This document shows positions 41,034-62,639 of a stretch of 64,000 bases of DNA, piece by piece. The notes under the pieces were generated by a model. That model did no database searches and was not told the origin of the DNA. It worked only from the letters and a program-made list of their open reading frames with translations. Position 1 is the stretch's first letter; each line of letters starts with the position of its first letter. The translations under genes were made by a program, and so were the position numbers. The stretch is from NCBI RefSeq assembly GCF_009914755.1, contig NC_060928.1. One strand, written 5' to 3'. The DNA comes from the human T2T-CHM13v2.0 reference genome, Homo sapiens.

Positions 41034-41932
41034 TGATGTAGAGGGGCATGCTGAAGAGAGAATTCAGTGACCCCTTGCTGCTCACACAAAAATCCAGCCA
41101 CTGAATCCAAAGACTGAAACACACCTAGATCCGGGCTGGGGAGCCGGACCCTCAGTACCATACAAAGATGCAACAACCTCACTCTGGGGGAGAAGTTAAT
41201 CTCTTGAACTCCTGTGCTCAAGCGATCCTCCTGCCTCAGCCTCCCAAAGGGCTAGGATTACAGGCATACGGCACCATGCCCGACAAAAAGCTAATCTCGA
41301 AATGCTGCTATTTCACACCTCAGTGGCACTTTGTAGAGGTGGCGAGAAGTAACCGTGTCTGCCCACACACATCACCAGTGGGCAGATGGGAGGCCTTAGT
41401 CTATTTTTTCACTTCTACATCCATTAGTCTTTCAAGAGTTGAAAATTTCTCCGTAACTGCTTATTCTTAGTGATCTTGCCACAGAAGGGTCATTTGTATC
41501 GTATTCTTTTGACAGAAAGACACATCTCAGTTCCCTAAAATAGCATCAGCTTTCATCATTCTTGCAGACTGGGCTTCTTGGAACACTGGCTTCACTTTAC
41601 AGTGCATGAGCTGGGGGCTCAGCAGGCACTTTTCCAAGATGCTAGAATCTGTGATTACTAGGGCAGGGGTGGCTGTGGGACCCCCTCCTGAATAAGCCCA
41701 TAGTGGTCAAGCAGGCCCTGGTTGGAGGGCTTCCCTAGGAAGTTGGTGTGGCTCTCAGGATGACTCAGGTTGGGGCTGGCCTCCCTGGGTACTCCTTGGA
41801 CCTGGAAGGACTCTATATAAAGGAACTGCCTGTGAGCCAAGCAACATCTAGACTTATGTTGCCCAGGCTGGTCTTGAACTCCTGGGCTCAAGCAATCCTC
41901 ACACTTAGGCCTCCCAAAGTACTGGAATTACA

Positions 41933-43355
<1,423 letters not shown>

Positions 43356-44474
43356 TAATCCATCTCTTTTTTTTTTTTCTTTTTTTTTTTTTTTCTTTTG
43401 AGATGGAGTCTTGCTCTGTCGCCCAGGCTAGAGTGCAGTGGTGCGATCTCCACTCACTGCAACCTCTGCCTCCCGGGTTCAGCGATTCAAGGAAAGTTAT
43501 TTTGTTATAAGCTGGGACTTAATGTGTATTAAATAATAGAGTTAACCACCTTCACAGAATGAGACACCAAGCACTGTGGGGCAGGAAAGTAGAAGAGACC
43601 CATGAGGGACTATTCCCATAGTTGTCTATTCACACAGACAACTATGTTTAAATAAGCTGTTGAATTGCTAGTTGCTTTTTACCTCAGACAAAAATACTGA
43701 TACATGAAGTCAACTAGAATTAGGGCAGGAAAACGAGGGTCCCCATGTGATCACTCCAGTGCACCCCTTCACCTTCTATGACAAGGGTGGGATGGGACTG
43801 TTGTAGCCTCTGCTGCCTTGGGAGAAGGGGTCTCCCTCCCCCAGGAAAGGTCACTTGCCCCCAGAGGAAACCACCATAGTGTTCAATATCAGCAATTGTA
43901 AGGAACTGTGGCTTCACCTAAAGAAATCTCTACCCGCAGTGCCACCCTGCCCCGCGCCGCACAGCTGCAGCCCATCCAGCCCAGCCGCAGAGCCTTCCCT
44001 AGGGAAATCCAGCCCCTTCTCTAATGCCAAAGAATTCTCTAATGCCCTGTCTCTTATGCCTTCCCCTGGAGTCTGCTGACTGCAGCTGGGGCTTTGCCGT
44101 CCTATTGCTGTGCTTTGGCTGTCTGGCTTCTGCTGGCTTTGAGAGGGCTGGGAGGAGCCCAGGTTCTGTAAGAGAAGAGGGGAGAGAGCGAGGCTGTGGA
44201 GGCTTTATCTCCACACCATCTCCCCACTTACAACCAGCTGCTGGTAGCCTCTGGAATTTACCTAAGAATAACTTACCCTCACCTCATTACCACGAATACT
44301 ACCTTCCAAAAACCAAATTGTTTAGTGTCCCATGAGAAAGGTGATTTTTACCTACTCTGCCCATTTTTATTTCAAAAGACACTCCTCTCCCTCCAATTAT
44401 TGGAGAATACTTCTGTCTGAGCCATATGGAGAGATAGCCCCCACCCTAAATCATTTATCCCCATGAGGAAATGA

Positions 44475-44879
<405 letters not shown>

Positions 44880-45149
44880 ATAGTTTTGAGTTCTTGATGC
44901 AGGCCCTGATCTGTCCTGTCTGCAGGATGTGTGGCTGCCTGACTTCAGATTCTCTCTGGGTTCTGGTACCTCTTAGCTCTATCCCAACTGAGGTTTCTCC
45001 TTGGTGATGCTGTGAGCTCTACCAGTCTCCTCAGGGACCAGCCTGGAAGTGGTACCACGTGGAGCAGTTCTCAGATGGGGATAAGGGCAGGGAAAGGCCA
45101 GCAGCCCCCTGGACCCAGATTCAGAAGAACCCCTGCTGATTCTCTGTTT

Positions 45150-45299
45150 TGTGTTTTTTAGAGACAGGGTTTTGCTATGCTGCTCAGGCTGGAGTGCAGT
45201 GGTGAGATCACATCTCACTGGATCTCCCAGGCTCAGGCAGTCCTCCCACCTCAGCCTCCTGAGTAGCTGGGAACACAGGTGCATGCCATCACACCTGGC
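45150..45299 (-). mobile_element. Alu right monomer (FRAM/AluJ-like)
   Basis: Single arm. Confidence 0.85.
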
Positions 45300-46435
45300 A
45301 GTTTCCTTTTCTAACAGATGAATTCCTCTGTAAAGTCCTCAAAACATCAAGCATTTCCAGTGCTCTTGGAATGAAATTCAAGGAATATAAATTATATTCA
45401 CACAGTGCCTCTAGAATACACATTTTGTGTGAAGTTAGAAGAAAAATTGCTTTTTTATTTAAAGTAAATTATAATGAACTAGATCAGCTTTTTTTTTTTT
45501 TTTTTCACTCAGCCTACAAACTAGTTGACAGCAGTGATTATCCGTTGTTGAAAACAGCAGACAACTGTCTTGATGACTTCCATTTTCAGGTTTCTGAGGC
45601 TGGGGTGGGGGCGGTTGCGGGGAGAGGCAACTCCTCAGAATCTTTATTAGATTCTCTGCTAAGTAATAATACAAACATGAAGTAGGGAAATCAAGGTAAT
45701 ATCCCTTCAAAGTGAGGTTTCTTTTTTCTTATTTCAAATTTATCCTGATAAATGCAAATTAAAACAAGGAGATACCTCTTTACACCTAGCGGAATGTCTA
45801 AAAACAAAAACAAAACCCCTGACATTACCAAGTGCTGGTACAGATGGGAAGCAGCTAAGTAAAACCCTCACACATTGCTGGGGAGTGCAAATAGTGCAAC
45901 CAGTTTGGAAAACAGCTTAGTGGTTTCTTTTAAAGATAAACATTCACTTTTCATATGACTCAGCCATTCCTCTCCTAGGTATCACCCAAGAGAAATGAAA
46001 ATGTATGTTTCCATAAAAATCTGTATGCAAATATTTATAGCAGCTTTATTCATAATTGCCAAACACTGGAAGCAATCCAACTGTCCATTAACAGGTGAAT
46101 GTGAAATCGAACTGGAAAATACATACAATGAGATATACCCAGTAATAAAGAGGGATGAACTAGGAATACATACAGCAACTTCTCAAGGGTGTTACACTAA
46201 GTGAAATCAACAAATCTCAAAGGTTGCATATTGTGTGATTCCACTTAGGTAACATTTTTGAATTGGAGAACAGATTAGTGATTTCCAGGGACTATAAGTG
46301 GCGGGGAAGGAAGGAGTAGAGAGACTACAGAGGCGACGCACAGGGTAGATGTCAGTGGTGGTGGAGGCGGTTCTGATACTGGTTGAGGTGGGGTTATGGG
46401 AACGTGCACATGTGATAAAATGGCAAACATGATAT

Positions 46436-47278
<843 letters not shown>

Positions 47279-47528
47279 ATGTCAGCATCAATGTCCTGCT
47301 CCTGATGGCATGCTGTAATTGTATAAGATGTAGCCATTGGAGGAAACTGGCTGAAGGGTACAAGGGACCACTTGGTATTGTCTTTGCAGCTTCCTCTGAC
47401 TCTATAATTACTTCAAAATTAAAAGCTTATATCTATGATAATAAAGTTATATATCATGTATATGTTACATATACATATAAGCACACACAAACATGCATGT
47501 ATATACACACATGCATTCATAAACATAT

Positions 47529-48169
47529 TGTTGTAGGAGTTACTAAGAAATTATTTTAGGCAGATAGAGAGGAGAAGGGGTCCTTGGGAAGTTTTCATTT
47601 CTTTTAAAGCACCTCCAAAAACGTTTCTTGTCTAGCAGAAAAGCTCCGGCTCTTAGAGCTGAGCTGGCAACATTTAGTATGCAAACGCCAGCCATTAGAA
47701 ACTGGATCCACCCAACATGGCGATTCCCATCATTGTCCTCTTGCCCTTGCCCCACACGTTCCTGGCAACATGGCTGCCCCCACATATCCCCAAGTATGTA
47801 GAACATCATGGCACCCTGCATTTGCATATTAAAAGACTAGGGTGGGAGGGTCAGTTTTTTTCCAGGACTACATGAATGACTTACCTGGTCAAACCAATCC
47901 CCTGAGCCCTGTGCAAATCAAACACCATCTCCTCCAGCCTCTTCATATAGCTGGCTGGTATCCTGGCATGTGGGGTCTCCTCTTTCAGCTTTGGAGCCCC
48001 CCTCCCTCTGTCTCTGTATGGAGGAGCTTCTTCCTTCTGACTTCTCCCATCTTTCTTGCCTATTAAACTCTCTGCTCCTTAAAATCACACCAGGTGTGTC
48101 CGTGTCGTTTTTTCCAATTCAACTCGAGAGGAAGAACCTGGTATTCCTCCATTCATCAGAGCTGTATCA
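47529..48169 (+). mobile_element. ERV1 solo LTR (LTR9/LTR20/MER61-like group)
   Basis: TG...CA termini; TSD ATAT at 47525-47528 and 48170-48173; aagaaattattttaggcagatag start; ATTAAA poly-A signal. Confidence 0.78.
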
Positions 48170-50276
48170 ATATGATACGATAATATGGGTGAATCTCAAA
48201 TATATTATGCTAAGTGAAAGAAGCTAGGCACAAGAGGCTACATCCCAAATTACTTCATTTATATGACACTCTGGAAAAGGTCGGACTAGGGACAGAGGAT
48301 GGATCAGTGGTTCCCAGGGATTCCAGGTGGGGCAGCACGAGGGTGTATAGGATGATAGAGCTGTCCTGTATCCTCTCTGTGGTGGTAATTACTTGAATCT
48401 ATGTATGTGTTAAAACTTGAAGAAATGTGCACCAAAAAGAGTGAATTTTACTATACATACATTTAAAAGTAAACTTTAAAAAGTGGCTTGTCAGCAATGC
48501 ACAGAACAGCTCATTTCTATTGCAACAAACTATTGTGATTACTTTTGTATAAGTTACACATTTGGTCTTCACAATTTGAACCCCAATTGTGACACTATGC
48601 AAAGGGGGAAAAGTTCCCTGAGATTGTGTGATCAGTAAAAGATTATATTTACATTTAAATATCTTCAGTGTTTTTGACTTTAGCAAGACAAATGAGAATC
48701 TTTGATGGTGTTTGGTTTGTTGACCAGCCAGTTCAAATTACAGCTGGGTGGTTACCAAAGCTGGACAGATTACAGTATGGAATTAAAGTCTGAACAGAGT
48801 ATGGGAATGCTAGCTTGAAACAAAAATAGAGTTTTGGGGAAAAAGAGCTTGGGAATTAATTGCATTCCTTGAATTCATTCCTTGGAAGTGTTTCATGCTG
48901 GCTCCCACAGTGGCTCAGGTGTACATGCTTTGTTTAGTAGTTGATCCTTTGAGCCATAGGAATTTTGGAATGTAATATGTTTGTTCTCCACCCACCCCGT
49001 GCCCATGAATCTCTTTTAGTAGGTTGATTTATTCACTCTTTAACTTCTATTGCACCTGAGTATACCAACAGTAGGATTAGGCTAGAAAGTATGCAGTCAT
49101 AAGCTGAAATCAACAGGGACAAGTGATTAACAGGTGGACAGTGTTGAGCTTGCCAGGTCACCACTCTCATGGTCAATATTTTCTTTGTGCTATTTTTGGC
49201 TTGGTTCCACATCAGAGAGTTCAAACTCTGAAGTTGTAAAGATACTGCTTTTAAGAAAAATCAGCTCATGTCTGGACCTTGATTTAATCGTTTATTCATC
49301 TTTTTATAGTACTCTCTGTTCCCAAGATAAGCTACTTTATAAGGCAAAATTTCCACCTTGGCATCATTTCATATAAACATTTAATGCTGAAACTCCAGGT
49401 TACATCTGGCGTCTAATGATGAACGCAGACAGATGCTCCTATCCAGCCATGCCCTCTGCCACTCCGCGGGGTGCTGCTTTCCATTTCCTCTCTGTGTCTG
49501 TCAGCACCAGGGCCGAGCTTTTCTTCCGGGATAGATGCTGAGCTGACTCTGCACTCAAAGCGCTTCAAATGATGCTGATTGAAATCAGATGCTATAAAAT
49601 GTTCATCACTTAGTTTCATTTATTAGTTTAGAGTGGCGTGCTATGCAAGCTTTTTGCTGTTTATTTATATTTTTACTTTAACTTTTATTAAAGTAATACA
49701 AGCATGAATTTTATAGAGCCAAACAATTCTACAATGTTCATTAACACAAATAGTAGTTGCTCCTTGCCTCTTCTCCAGAAACACCACTTTCAATTATCTT
49801 AGCTAATGCTATTGTCAGTAACCTCTACATCTCTAAATAAAATGCTTATATTGCTTTCCTTGATTTTTCAGCTTTAGGCATTCATCTATTGGCTTATCCC
49901 TTTGCAAATGAAGAATTTGGCTGTCCTTCCTTCTCTTATTCTCAGGAAAAACACACACACCCTTCTCATCTGCTTATCTTTCTAATCTGGTTATATCATA
50001 ATTTTTGTTAGCTCTTTGTTGAGCATTTATATGATTACAACCATGAAAATACTAAACTAAGCCATGCATCAAACTATAATGACTTTTCCTATCCTAGCCA
50101 CTCTTTGCTTCCCTGGATTAAAATTTTATTATTATTATTGATGCTTATCACTAATTCAAACACAAACTCACTTAATTATACAAACATCCTCTTAAGACAG
50201 TCAGAGCATCACATATCTTATCAATCCAATCTTCACAAAATCTCTCCCAGATTCTCCAACATACTTCAGTCTAGAT

Positions 50277-50608
50277 CGGCAGTCCCCAACCTTTTTGGCA
50301 CCAGGGACCGGTTTCATGGAAGACAATTTTTCCACAGACAATGGGGGATGGTTTTGGAATGAAACTGGTCCACCCTAGATCATCAGGCATTAGATTCTCA
50401 TAGGAGCATGCAACCTAGACCACTCGCATGTGCAGTTCAGAGTAGGGTTCATGCCCCTGTGAGAATCTAATGCCACCAGTGATTCGACAGGAGGCTGAGC
50501 TCGGGCAGTAATGCTCACTCACCTGCCATCTATCTCCTGCTGTGTGGCCCGGTTCCTAACAGGCCACCGACCAGTACCAGTCCACAGCCCAGGAGTTGGG
50601 GACCCCTA
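50277..50608. mobile_element. MER1B-type hAT-Charlie MITE
   Basis: Terminal inverted repeats gtccccaac / gttggggac; 8-bp TSD gtctagat / gtctagac. Confidence 0.9.
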
Positions 50609-50862
50609 GTCTAGACCGTTCTCAACAACTGGGGCCAAACTGTCACCCTGGGACTTCTCCATCTTCCTGGGAATTCCCTTCACTTCTCTCGTGTTGGATC
50701 TCCTGTTTCCTGTACGTCTTCTTTCCTGATTTACTCCTTTATCTTGGTGAAGCATATCTTTTAGCAACTTCCTACTATGAAGGAATAAAGGTGCATAGGA
50801 AATACAATATCTGGAACATTGCCTTTCTAAGATGTCTTTATTCAATCCTCATACTCAATTGA

Positions 50863-51166
<304 letters not shown>

Positions 51167-51198
51167 TTAATTGATATTTTGACTATGTATAGAATTCT

Positions 51199-51505
51199 GG
51201 CTGGGTGGGGTGGCTCACACCTGTAATCCCAGCACTTTGGGAGGCCGAGGTGGGCAGATCACGAGGTCAGGAGATCGAGACCATCCTGGCTAACTCGGTG
51301 AGACCCCGTCTCTACTAAAAATACAAAAAATTAGCCGGGCGTGGTGGCAGGCGCCTGTGGCCCAACTACTTGGGAGGCTGAGGCAAGAGAATGGCGTGAA
51401 CCCAGGAGGCGGAGCTTGCAGTGAGCTGAGATCGCGCCACTGCACTCCAGCCTGGGCAACAGAGCGAGACTCTGTCTCAACAAACAAACAAACAACAAAA
51501 AAAAA
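51199..51505 (+). mobile_element. AluY-like element
   Basis: gagatcgagaccatcctggctaac, gaatggcgtgaacc; TSD agaattct. Confidence 0.95.
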
Positions 51506-52624
51506 GAATTCTAAGATAGTAGTTATTTTTCTTCAAATGTTTGAAGGCCTTGCTGTCTTGTCTTCTAGCCTCTGCCATTACTGTTGAGAAGCCTGATGAC
51601 ATTCTGATTTGATCCTTTGTATCCTTTAGTCTTCTCAGATCCTTTCTTTATCCCAGCAGTTCTAAAGTTTCCCAGTGACATGCCTTGATTTATGTCTGTT
51701 TTTATCTACCATGCGTCAGTCTAAAAGCTTACATCATTCTTGTCTGGGAAACTGTTCAAATTACTTACCAAAATATTAACGAATGATTTTTTCCTTTCCA
51801 TTTTTTTCTGTTCTCTTTTTCTGAATCTCCTATTATTTAGATATTGGACCTCCTGGACTAGTCTTCTAATTTTTTAATTTGTTCTTTTTTTTTTTTTTTT
51901 TGCTCTACTTTTTGGGAGAGTTCTTCAATTTTATCTTTCAATTTATTAAGTAAGCTTTAAACATTTTCTAGAATGGTTCTAAATGTTTAAAGCTCCTCGT
52001 TCTTCAAAAGTCTCATTTTTGTGTCATTCTATTGCTGTTCCAAGGGTGAAATATCTCTTCGTGTCTCTTGAGCTAGTACTGGTAAGTTTTTAAAAGAGCT
52101 GCTCTGTTTTGTCCACATTGTTTTTTACATTGGTTTGTCTTGGTCTGGATCTTTCACTTAGAATTTTCCTCACGTGGCTCGAATCCATGATCACGTGCTC
52201 ATAAGAGCAAGAGGAAACTGAATATGTGGGTCGTTAACAGTGAACTTCACCCTGGGCTGAGCTGGCCGAACTGTTTCACGGGAAACTCATAATCAGTATC
52301 TGTAAGATCTTCTTGGGCTGGTCAGATCCCCACAGGACTTTTTTTAGTCTCTTGCCTGGAGGATAATTGCCTGGCTAGGTTGACAGCATTCTGAGCTAAG
52401 GAAGACGGAGAGGACTGCAGGTCTCAGAATCCAGTGAGAATCTACTTACCTAGTCTCCCTATTTCTGGGATAGCACCCACTTCCACCTATGCCTACTGTC
52501 CCCTAGTCAGAAGACCTGTATTTTCTCTACAGAGAATAAATATCTAATAGTCTGTGAGTAGGGGGAGGGGCAACTGTCTGACTGCACAAATTGGATGAGG
52601 TGATGTGGAGGTGAAATTGCCTCT

Positions 52625-52951
<327 letters not shown>

Positions 52952-54421
52952 TAGGCCGGGACCCTCAGTGCTACCAATTCACAGCTGTTTAGAGACTCTG
53001 GTACAAATTAGCTTTCCTCACTGCTGATTTAAGATTCAGCTTCTTTATGTCTGCTAAGTCAGTTAACAGTCATGTGTATGCTTTCTGGATTCCAAAATTT
53101 ATTGTCGTTTTCTCCTCTCACATTCTCCCATGCCATTAGAAATCTCCTTTACCATAGTTTTAGAGAGATATCAGGAGAGAGGTATGTTCAACCTGCTATC
53201 CTTATCTGGAAGTCACCATGTACTTTTGATGGTGCGTGTGACCTGGAATCTATATAAAGCCCTCCTGGCCTTCACAGAAAGTGCTACCCATCGAGGTCAG
53301 AGCTGTTTCTCTAACGCACCGAAGACTACCAGGACACCCGCAGGTAGGGTCTGAAAGCTCTCCACGTGGGACATGGGACCCTGCTTCTCTAGGTACCTGC
53401 TTGCCTTCCCTTGCTTGGGGGGCAGTGAGGGTGTGAGTGTGTCTCTGTGTGCTTGCCTGTGCATGTGTGTTTATGCGAGCAATGCTTGCTTAAAGGAAGT
53501 AAGGGAAAGTCGTGCATGAGATGATGAAACAGCTGAGAAAACCTTCAACACTGTCTATTTGTGACCCCTGATATTACAATTAAGAAATGAAGACCAGAGC
53601 AGGGTCATGACATGCTGGAAGTGTATTCCCAGGAGGGACCCAAAGACAATTTATTTTGCTCTATAAGTATTCACAACGCAAAACCACACAGCAAAATTAA
53701 TGACAGAATTAGATGACAGCGTCACATCTGTGTCCTTCCCATCACACCCGCTCCCACTGCCTCCACTGTACAGAGGAGATGACCGAGATGCAGAGAGGTT
53801 GCAGGCTTTGCCTGCAGCTGTGCAACTAATGTGAATTGCTTAAGAAAAAAAACTAACACAGAAATAACAAAATAATACAGAGTCCTGATGTAGGAAAGAA
53901 ATGCTGTGTTTACATTGGAATGTAAGCGGAATCCTATTAAAAACTTTAAAAACTGCTGTTTAAAAAAAAAAAAAAACTTTCTGACCTTGAACCAATGAAA
54001 CTTTTTTTGCACCTGAAGAGCAAATCCAAGATAGTAATAAAAATAAAGTATGAAGCATCTTGGTGTGTAGTTTATGACCCTTATCATATTTGCTAGAGAG
54101 TTCCCAGATGTGGAGTTTCTGCCTTATAATCCTTCTCGATGTTAAGTCATCCCTCTCCTCCGCTCAGTGGTGGCTCCTTCTAAACCACATCTGCTTTTCC
54201 AGATGTGGGCTGGGCACACAGAAGCAGAGCACTGAAGATATCGCCTCCTAAACTTAGACCAGAGCCCTTACCTGCCACCTTCTTAGTTCCCTTTGCTCTA
54301 GGGCCTGTTACATTCAGCAGTCAAGGATTTCTCAGACACAAAGAGCATCAGGTCTTACAGGATAGCTGGAATGAGCTGTGGTTTCCTCCAGCACCTACCC
54401 AAACTGGACAGCTCAGGCAGA

Positions 54422-54815
54422 GAGTGTTAGTCTATTTGCATTGCTATAAAGGAGTACCAAGGCTAAGAGGATTATTTGGCTTATGGTTCTGCAGGCTGTA
54501 CAAGAAGCAGGCCCCAGCGTCTGCTTCTGGTGAGGGCCTCAGGAAGCTTCCAAACATGATGGAAGGGGCAGGGGAGCCGGCATGTCATATGGCGAGAGAG
54601 GGAGCAAGGGTGGGGAAGGATGCCATACTCTTTTGAACAACCAGATCTTGCTTGAATTAATAAGAGCAAGAACTCATTACCATGGAGAGGGCACCCGGCC
54701 ATTCACGAGGGATCCGGCCCCATCACCCAACACCTCCCGCTAGGCTCTACCTCCAACATTGGGGGGTCACATTTCAACATGAGATTTTGGGGGACAAATA
54801 TCCAAACCACATCAC
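54422..54815 (-). mobile_element. MST-type (MSTB-like) MaLR solo LTR
   Basis: ttgcattgctataaagga...ttctgcaggctgtacaagaagc...tatccaaaccacatca. Confidence 0.85.
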
Positions 54816-55989
54816 AGAGGCATTCTCCGCCAATGCAGGAACCATTTGCAGTAAAATAGCCCAGGAAGGAGGTGACTGCTCCGTCAGCGCCATGATGCCA
54901 GGAGTTTTATTTTGCAAGAAGCAGAGTCAAAATAATAGAAAGAATGCGAATTCTTTGCCTAAGACTAGAATGTTGATATTTGGAAGAAAGTTCTTGCATC
55001 TGTGGATAAAGCGTGTTTCCCCTTAGACGGATTCAGAAGGAAATCAGACTCAGCCATTGCTGGTGGAGGGAAGATACGCTGTAGTTCGAGTTACCGCTGC
55101 TTCCTCCATGCACGGGACCAGGGCACCTAAATGCTTTCAAGGCCAGCAGAAGCCTGTACAGAAGGAAATTCTCATCAACATCTGGCTGAAGCAGGAGGTG
55201 GCAGAGTTCACAAGAGCAAGAGAGCGAAGCCTTTTGTGTGGGCCACTCTGCGGGGTCAGCCCTGTTGGCAGAAAATGACTCAGGAACACGGCCTACCCCC
55301 AGTAGCTGAGGTCCAGGAGATGCTCAAAGGGCACACACAGGAAGGTTCCAGGAGCTCTTGCTCTTCCAGGGAAAAGGAATGTGAATCAACCCCTTTCTCG
55401 AGCAGCCCAGCACAGAGAAAAGAACACAAGCGTGGGAGAGAGCTTTTACATTAGAACAAGAGGCCCGGCTTTGGACATGTTGCGTACATATTGAAAGGAG
55501 TACCTCCCACAGAAATGATACACACAGTAGGAGTCACGTTTCCTTGAAACAGAGCCCGAGAATTTTCAGTATTCCCCAAGTTGCAAACACCAGCATGAAC
55601 ACAGTTTTCCCTGTGAAACGTAAAGGTCCAGACCAAGCCATGTTGAGATGTGGGAGCTGGGCGGCGGTTTAACCTCGCTGGGGTGATGGAACTCACTCCC
55701 CTACGTTGATCCCATAATGCCCCCAATTCAAGTTTGTCAGTTGAGTCACTGCATTCATAAAATGAATGTTGTTCTTCAGCAGTGAGAAACACAAACCTTA
55801 AATACTCAACTGTCAAGAGTCTACTATAACAAAGATTTGTACCTACAAAAATAACCAACCTCCCTCTTCACCAAAGATGGGGGTGACCTGCCAATGCTCT
55901 GTGTGCTGACACGATGTTCAGCACAGAATGGCACAGACAGAGAGCACCATGCAGAGCCAAGACAAGTGCTGGGGCAAACCTCAGACAGC

Positions 55990-59600
<3,611 letters not shown>

Positions 59601-59799
59601 ATAATTATAAATTTTAGTATAGATAAGTCAATTTTTTCTGAGATAATAGACAATCAAATATTCTCCTATGGATAGAGAATCCAGAAGGAAGAGATTATTT
59701 TGATAAAGAAAAGTAACATTTTTGAAATGGGAAGAAGCTTTTAATTTTCTTCTATTACACACATACAGGTATTCCAAAACAGTTAATTTAAGGATAAAA

Positions 59800-60450
59800 G
59801 AAAGGGAGGTATAACAGCAGTGAGGAACAAATGGATATAATGGGCGTCTGGATGTGATGCTCTGTAGTATTCAAGTCAAAATGAAAAATCTGAATTTAGT
59901 CATGATGAAATTCAGACAAACCTAAATTGAAGACCATTCTATGAAGTAACTAGCCTGTATCCTTCAGTTATTTAATGTCGTGTACATTATATTATCAGGA
60001 TTTGTTTAGACCAAGGAATTGATTCAAATTAAAGGAAACTATAAAGAGAAAACAGCTGAATGTAATATGACCCTGTGTTGGATCCTGTTTCAGAAGAAAA
60101 AAATTGTAAGAAATTACATTATTGGGATAGTTGATGAAGGAGACAATGGGCTCTAGATTAGATAAATGTATTGTGTCAATGTCAATGTTAAATGTCCTGA
60201 ATGTGATAATGGTACTATGGTTATGTTTAAAATTGTCCTTTTTCCTTTAGAAAATACACAGAAGAATTAAGGGATGATATATGTATTGCCTACTACTCTT
60301 ACATGGCTCAGAAAAAAATAGCTGTAAAGAGAGAAAATGGTAAGACAGATGTAGCACAATGATAAATGTTAGTGAATAAAGGGCATACAGGAGTTCTTTG
60401 TACAACTTTTTGATGAGTTTAAAGTTATTTCAAAATGAAAAGTAAAAAAG
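59800..60450 (+). mobile_element. L1MC-type 3' UTR fragment
   Basis: cagacaaacctaaattgaagaccattct...gagttctttgtacaac. Confidence 0.65.
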
Positions 60451-61943
60451 AGAGAAAGTAAGAAAAGAAGGAAAAGGAAAGGGGGAAGGAAGGAAGAGAG
60501 AAAGGAAAGAAAAAAGGTAGGCAGGCCGTTTGAGTCGCTGCTTGAGCAAAGCCCTTGCATCTGTTCAATTCCATTCCACTGGCATCGATTTTTAACTTCA
60601 GGCACAGGCTGCACTAAGATTTCCCCAAATACTGCCCAGAGTGTACACAGCAGAGAGATGTGCTCCAGATGTATTTGAACATGGTTGGCTGTCAACAGCT
60701 CTGCAATGAATGGCATCTGCCTGGGAACACCCCTCAGGCCACATGTAGGTTATTTGTAAGTTAAAGCTTGTTTTGCTCCTGTGGGTGTTGCTGGCCTTGA
60801 GGATTTCCTTCCTCTCTTCCTACCCATCTATTCTTGCTCTTGCAGAAATGATGACGGGATGATGGGTAGAAAGAGGAGAGCAGCAGACTCTGGTGGCACT
60901 CTGTAGAGTGTCCCACCTTGCACCTGGCCACGGTTTTGGCACTGAGTAGTTTGCCTCCATCTCCACATCATCCCTATCCTTCCAACTGCCCCATCCCACC
61001 CTCTGCCAAGCTTCTATTCTTCCTCTGTGGTTTTCCACAGTCCCTACAGGGTCAGACTCAGAGTTAATTACTCTGTCAAAATCATGCAGAATTGTGCATA
61101 AATTTAGGCTTTCCCGAAACATTAGCTTTCCCACTGTGTCTCTTTTCCCTAACTCGTTCTGAACCCATGCTCTTGGCCAAAGGTCTTCTGCAAAGGTCCC
61201 CATGAACATGTTTATACTTGAATGACAGCATTTTAATGTGTTACCCTCCCAGGGCTACTTGCGGTTAATAGAGACCACTAAATGGGTGCCCTTTCCATCT
61301 TCTGTGATGTAAGAGCAGACGCAGAAGGATCGTTGCTATTTTCTGGAGGCAGTTTTCACATATTTGGTGAGATTTTGGATTATATCATGATTCCCAAATC
61401 ATATAATGCTACATAGCAGCTAATATCTATTTTCTCTATTCAAAGTCCAGGAGTGAGGGAATGCATCACAGAATGAAGAAGAAAGAGAATTGAGGGAAAA
61501 TCTCTCCATGGAGGCAGGGGTAGACACGAGAGGTAGTAAGTGTGAGGCTGTAGTGCAAATTAAGACCACCTCAAGGTGCTGTGATTCTTGCTCCTTCATC
61601 CTTAACTCAAAGAAGCAAAATCCTGCTGGCAAAGCAGGCATTCCTGGCAGGCTGCGGAGTGGGCGGGGGGAAATATTTTGCCTGAGACCCCCAGAGAAGA
61701 CCAGATGGGCAGCTGCCTGGTCCACCCATGGGCAAGGCTGTTCCTGGGAAGAGCGTTGGATTGGGCAGGTTATAGGTCACGATCCCCTGCAGGGGGTGAA
61801 GGCTCACTGCTGAGATCTTCAGGACTGTGGAACTGGGGGATAAGTTCACAGCTGCTGTGAGTGACAGGGTTTCCAAGCACGGGGCACTTACCAAACTCCA
61901 TGGAGCCCCTGGATAGCACAATGATCAGGATCTTGTCCCTGCA

Positions 61944-62243
61944 GGCCGGGCACAGTGGCTCATGCCTGTAATCCCAGCACTTTGGGAAACCAAGATGAGT
62001 GAATTGCTTGAACCCAGGAGTTTGAGACCAGCCTGGGCAACTTGGCAAAATGTCGTCTCTATAAAAGATACAAAAATTAGCCAGGCGTGGTGGCATGCGA
62101 CTGTAGTCCCAGCTACTCAGGAAGCTGAGGTGGGAGGATTGTTTGAACCTGGAAGGTCAAGGCTACAGTGAGCCATGATTGCACCACTGTACTCCAGCCT
62201 GGGTGACAGAGTGACACCCTGTCTCAGAAAATAAATAAATAAA
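61944..62243 (+). mobile_element. AluJ-type element
   Basis: Dimer with (AAAT)n tail. Confidence 0.94.
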
Positions 62244-62639
62244 ATGCTGGTTACTATTGTGGAGCAGAGTGGTGGCTCACAGGAAAGAGTGAGCACCCAG
62301 CCTGGGACGAAGATTCCAGGATCTGAGGCAGAGGAGAAGCTAGATCTCAAAGGAGAAGCAATATTTGGTCAGAAAAGTGGCAGGGCAGGAGGAGAGATTC
62401 TTCCAAAAAGCCAGAACAGGAACTTCAGGCAGAATAAAATCGAAGTCTCAAGACAGACAGGTGGCGTGCCCTTTCAAGTCCTTTTGGAAAAAGTCACAAA
62501 CAAGATCCAGAGGGCCAGAGTGGTGACGGAGAGCCTCCCGGAGGAGACAAAGCTGAAGCCGGCCTAAAATGCTGGGGAGAGGCAGGACTGGCACGGTGCA
62601 TGAGGAGCCGTTCACCACTATGTGAGGAAGCCAGACCCG

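Noticed and set aside
62244-62567. 107-aa charged ORF
   Set aside because: No recognisable homology or splice context; lies between an Alu tail and an L1.
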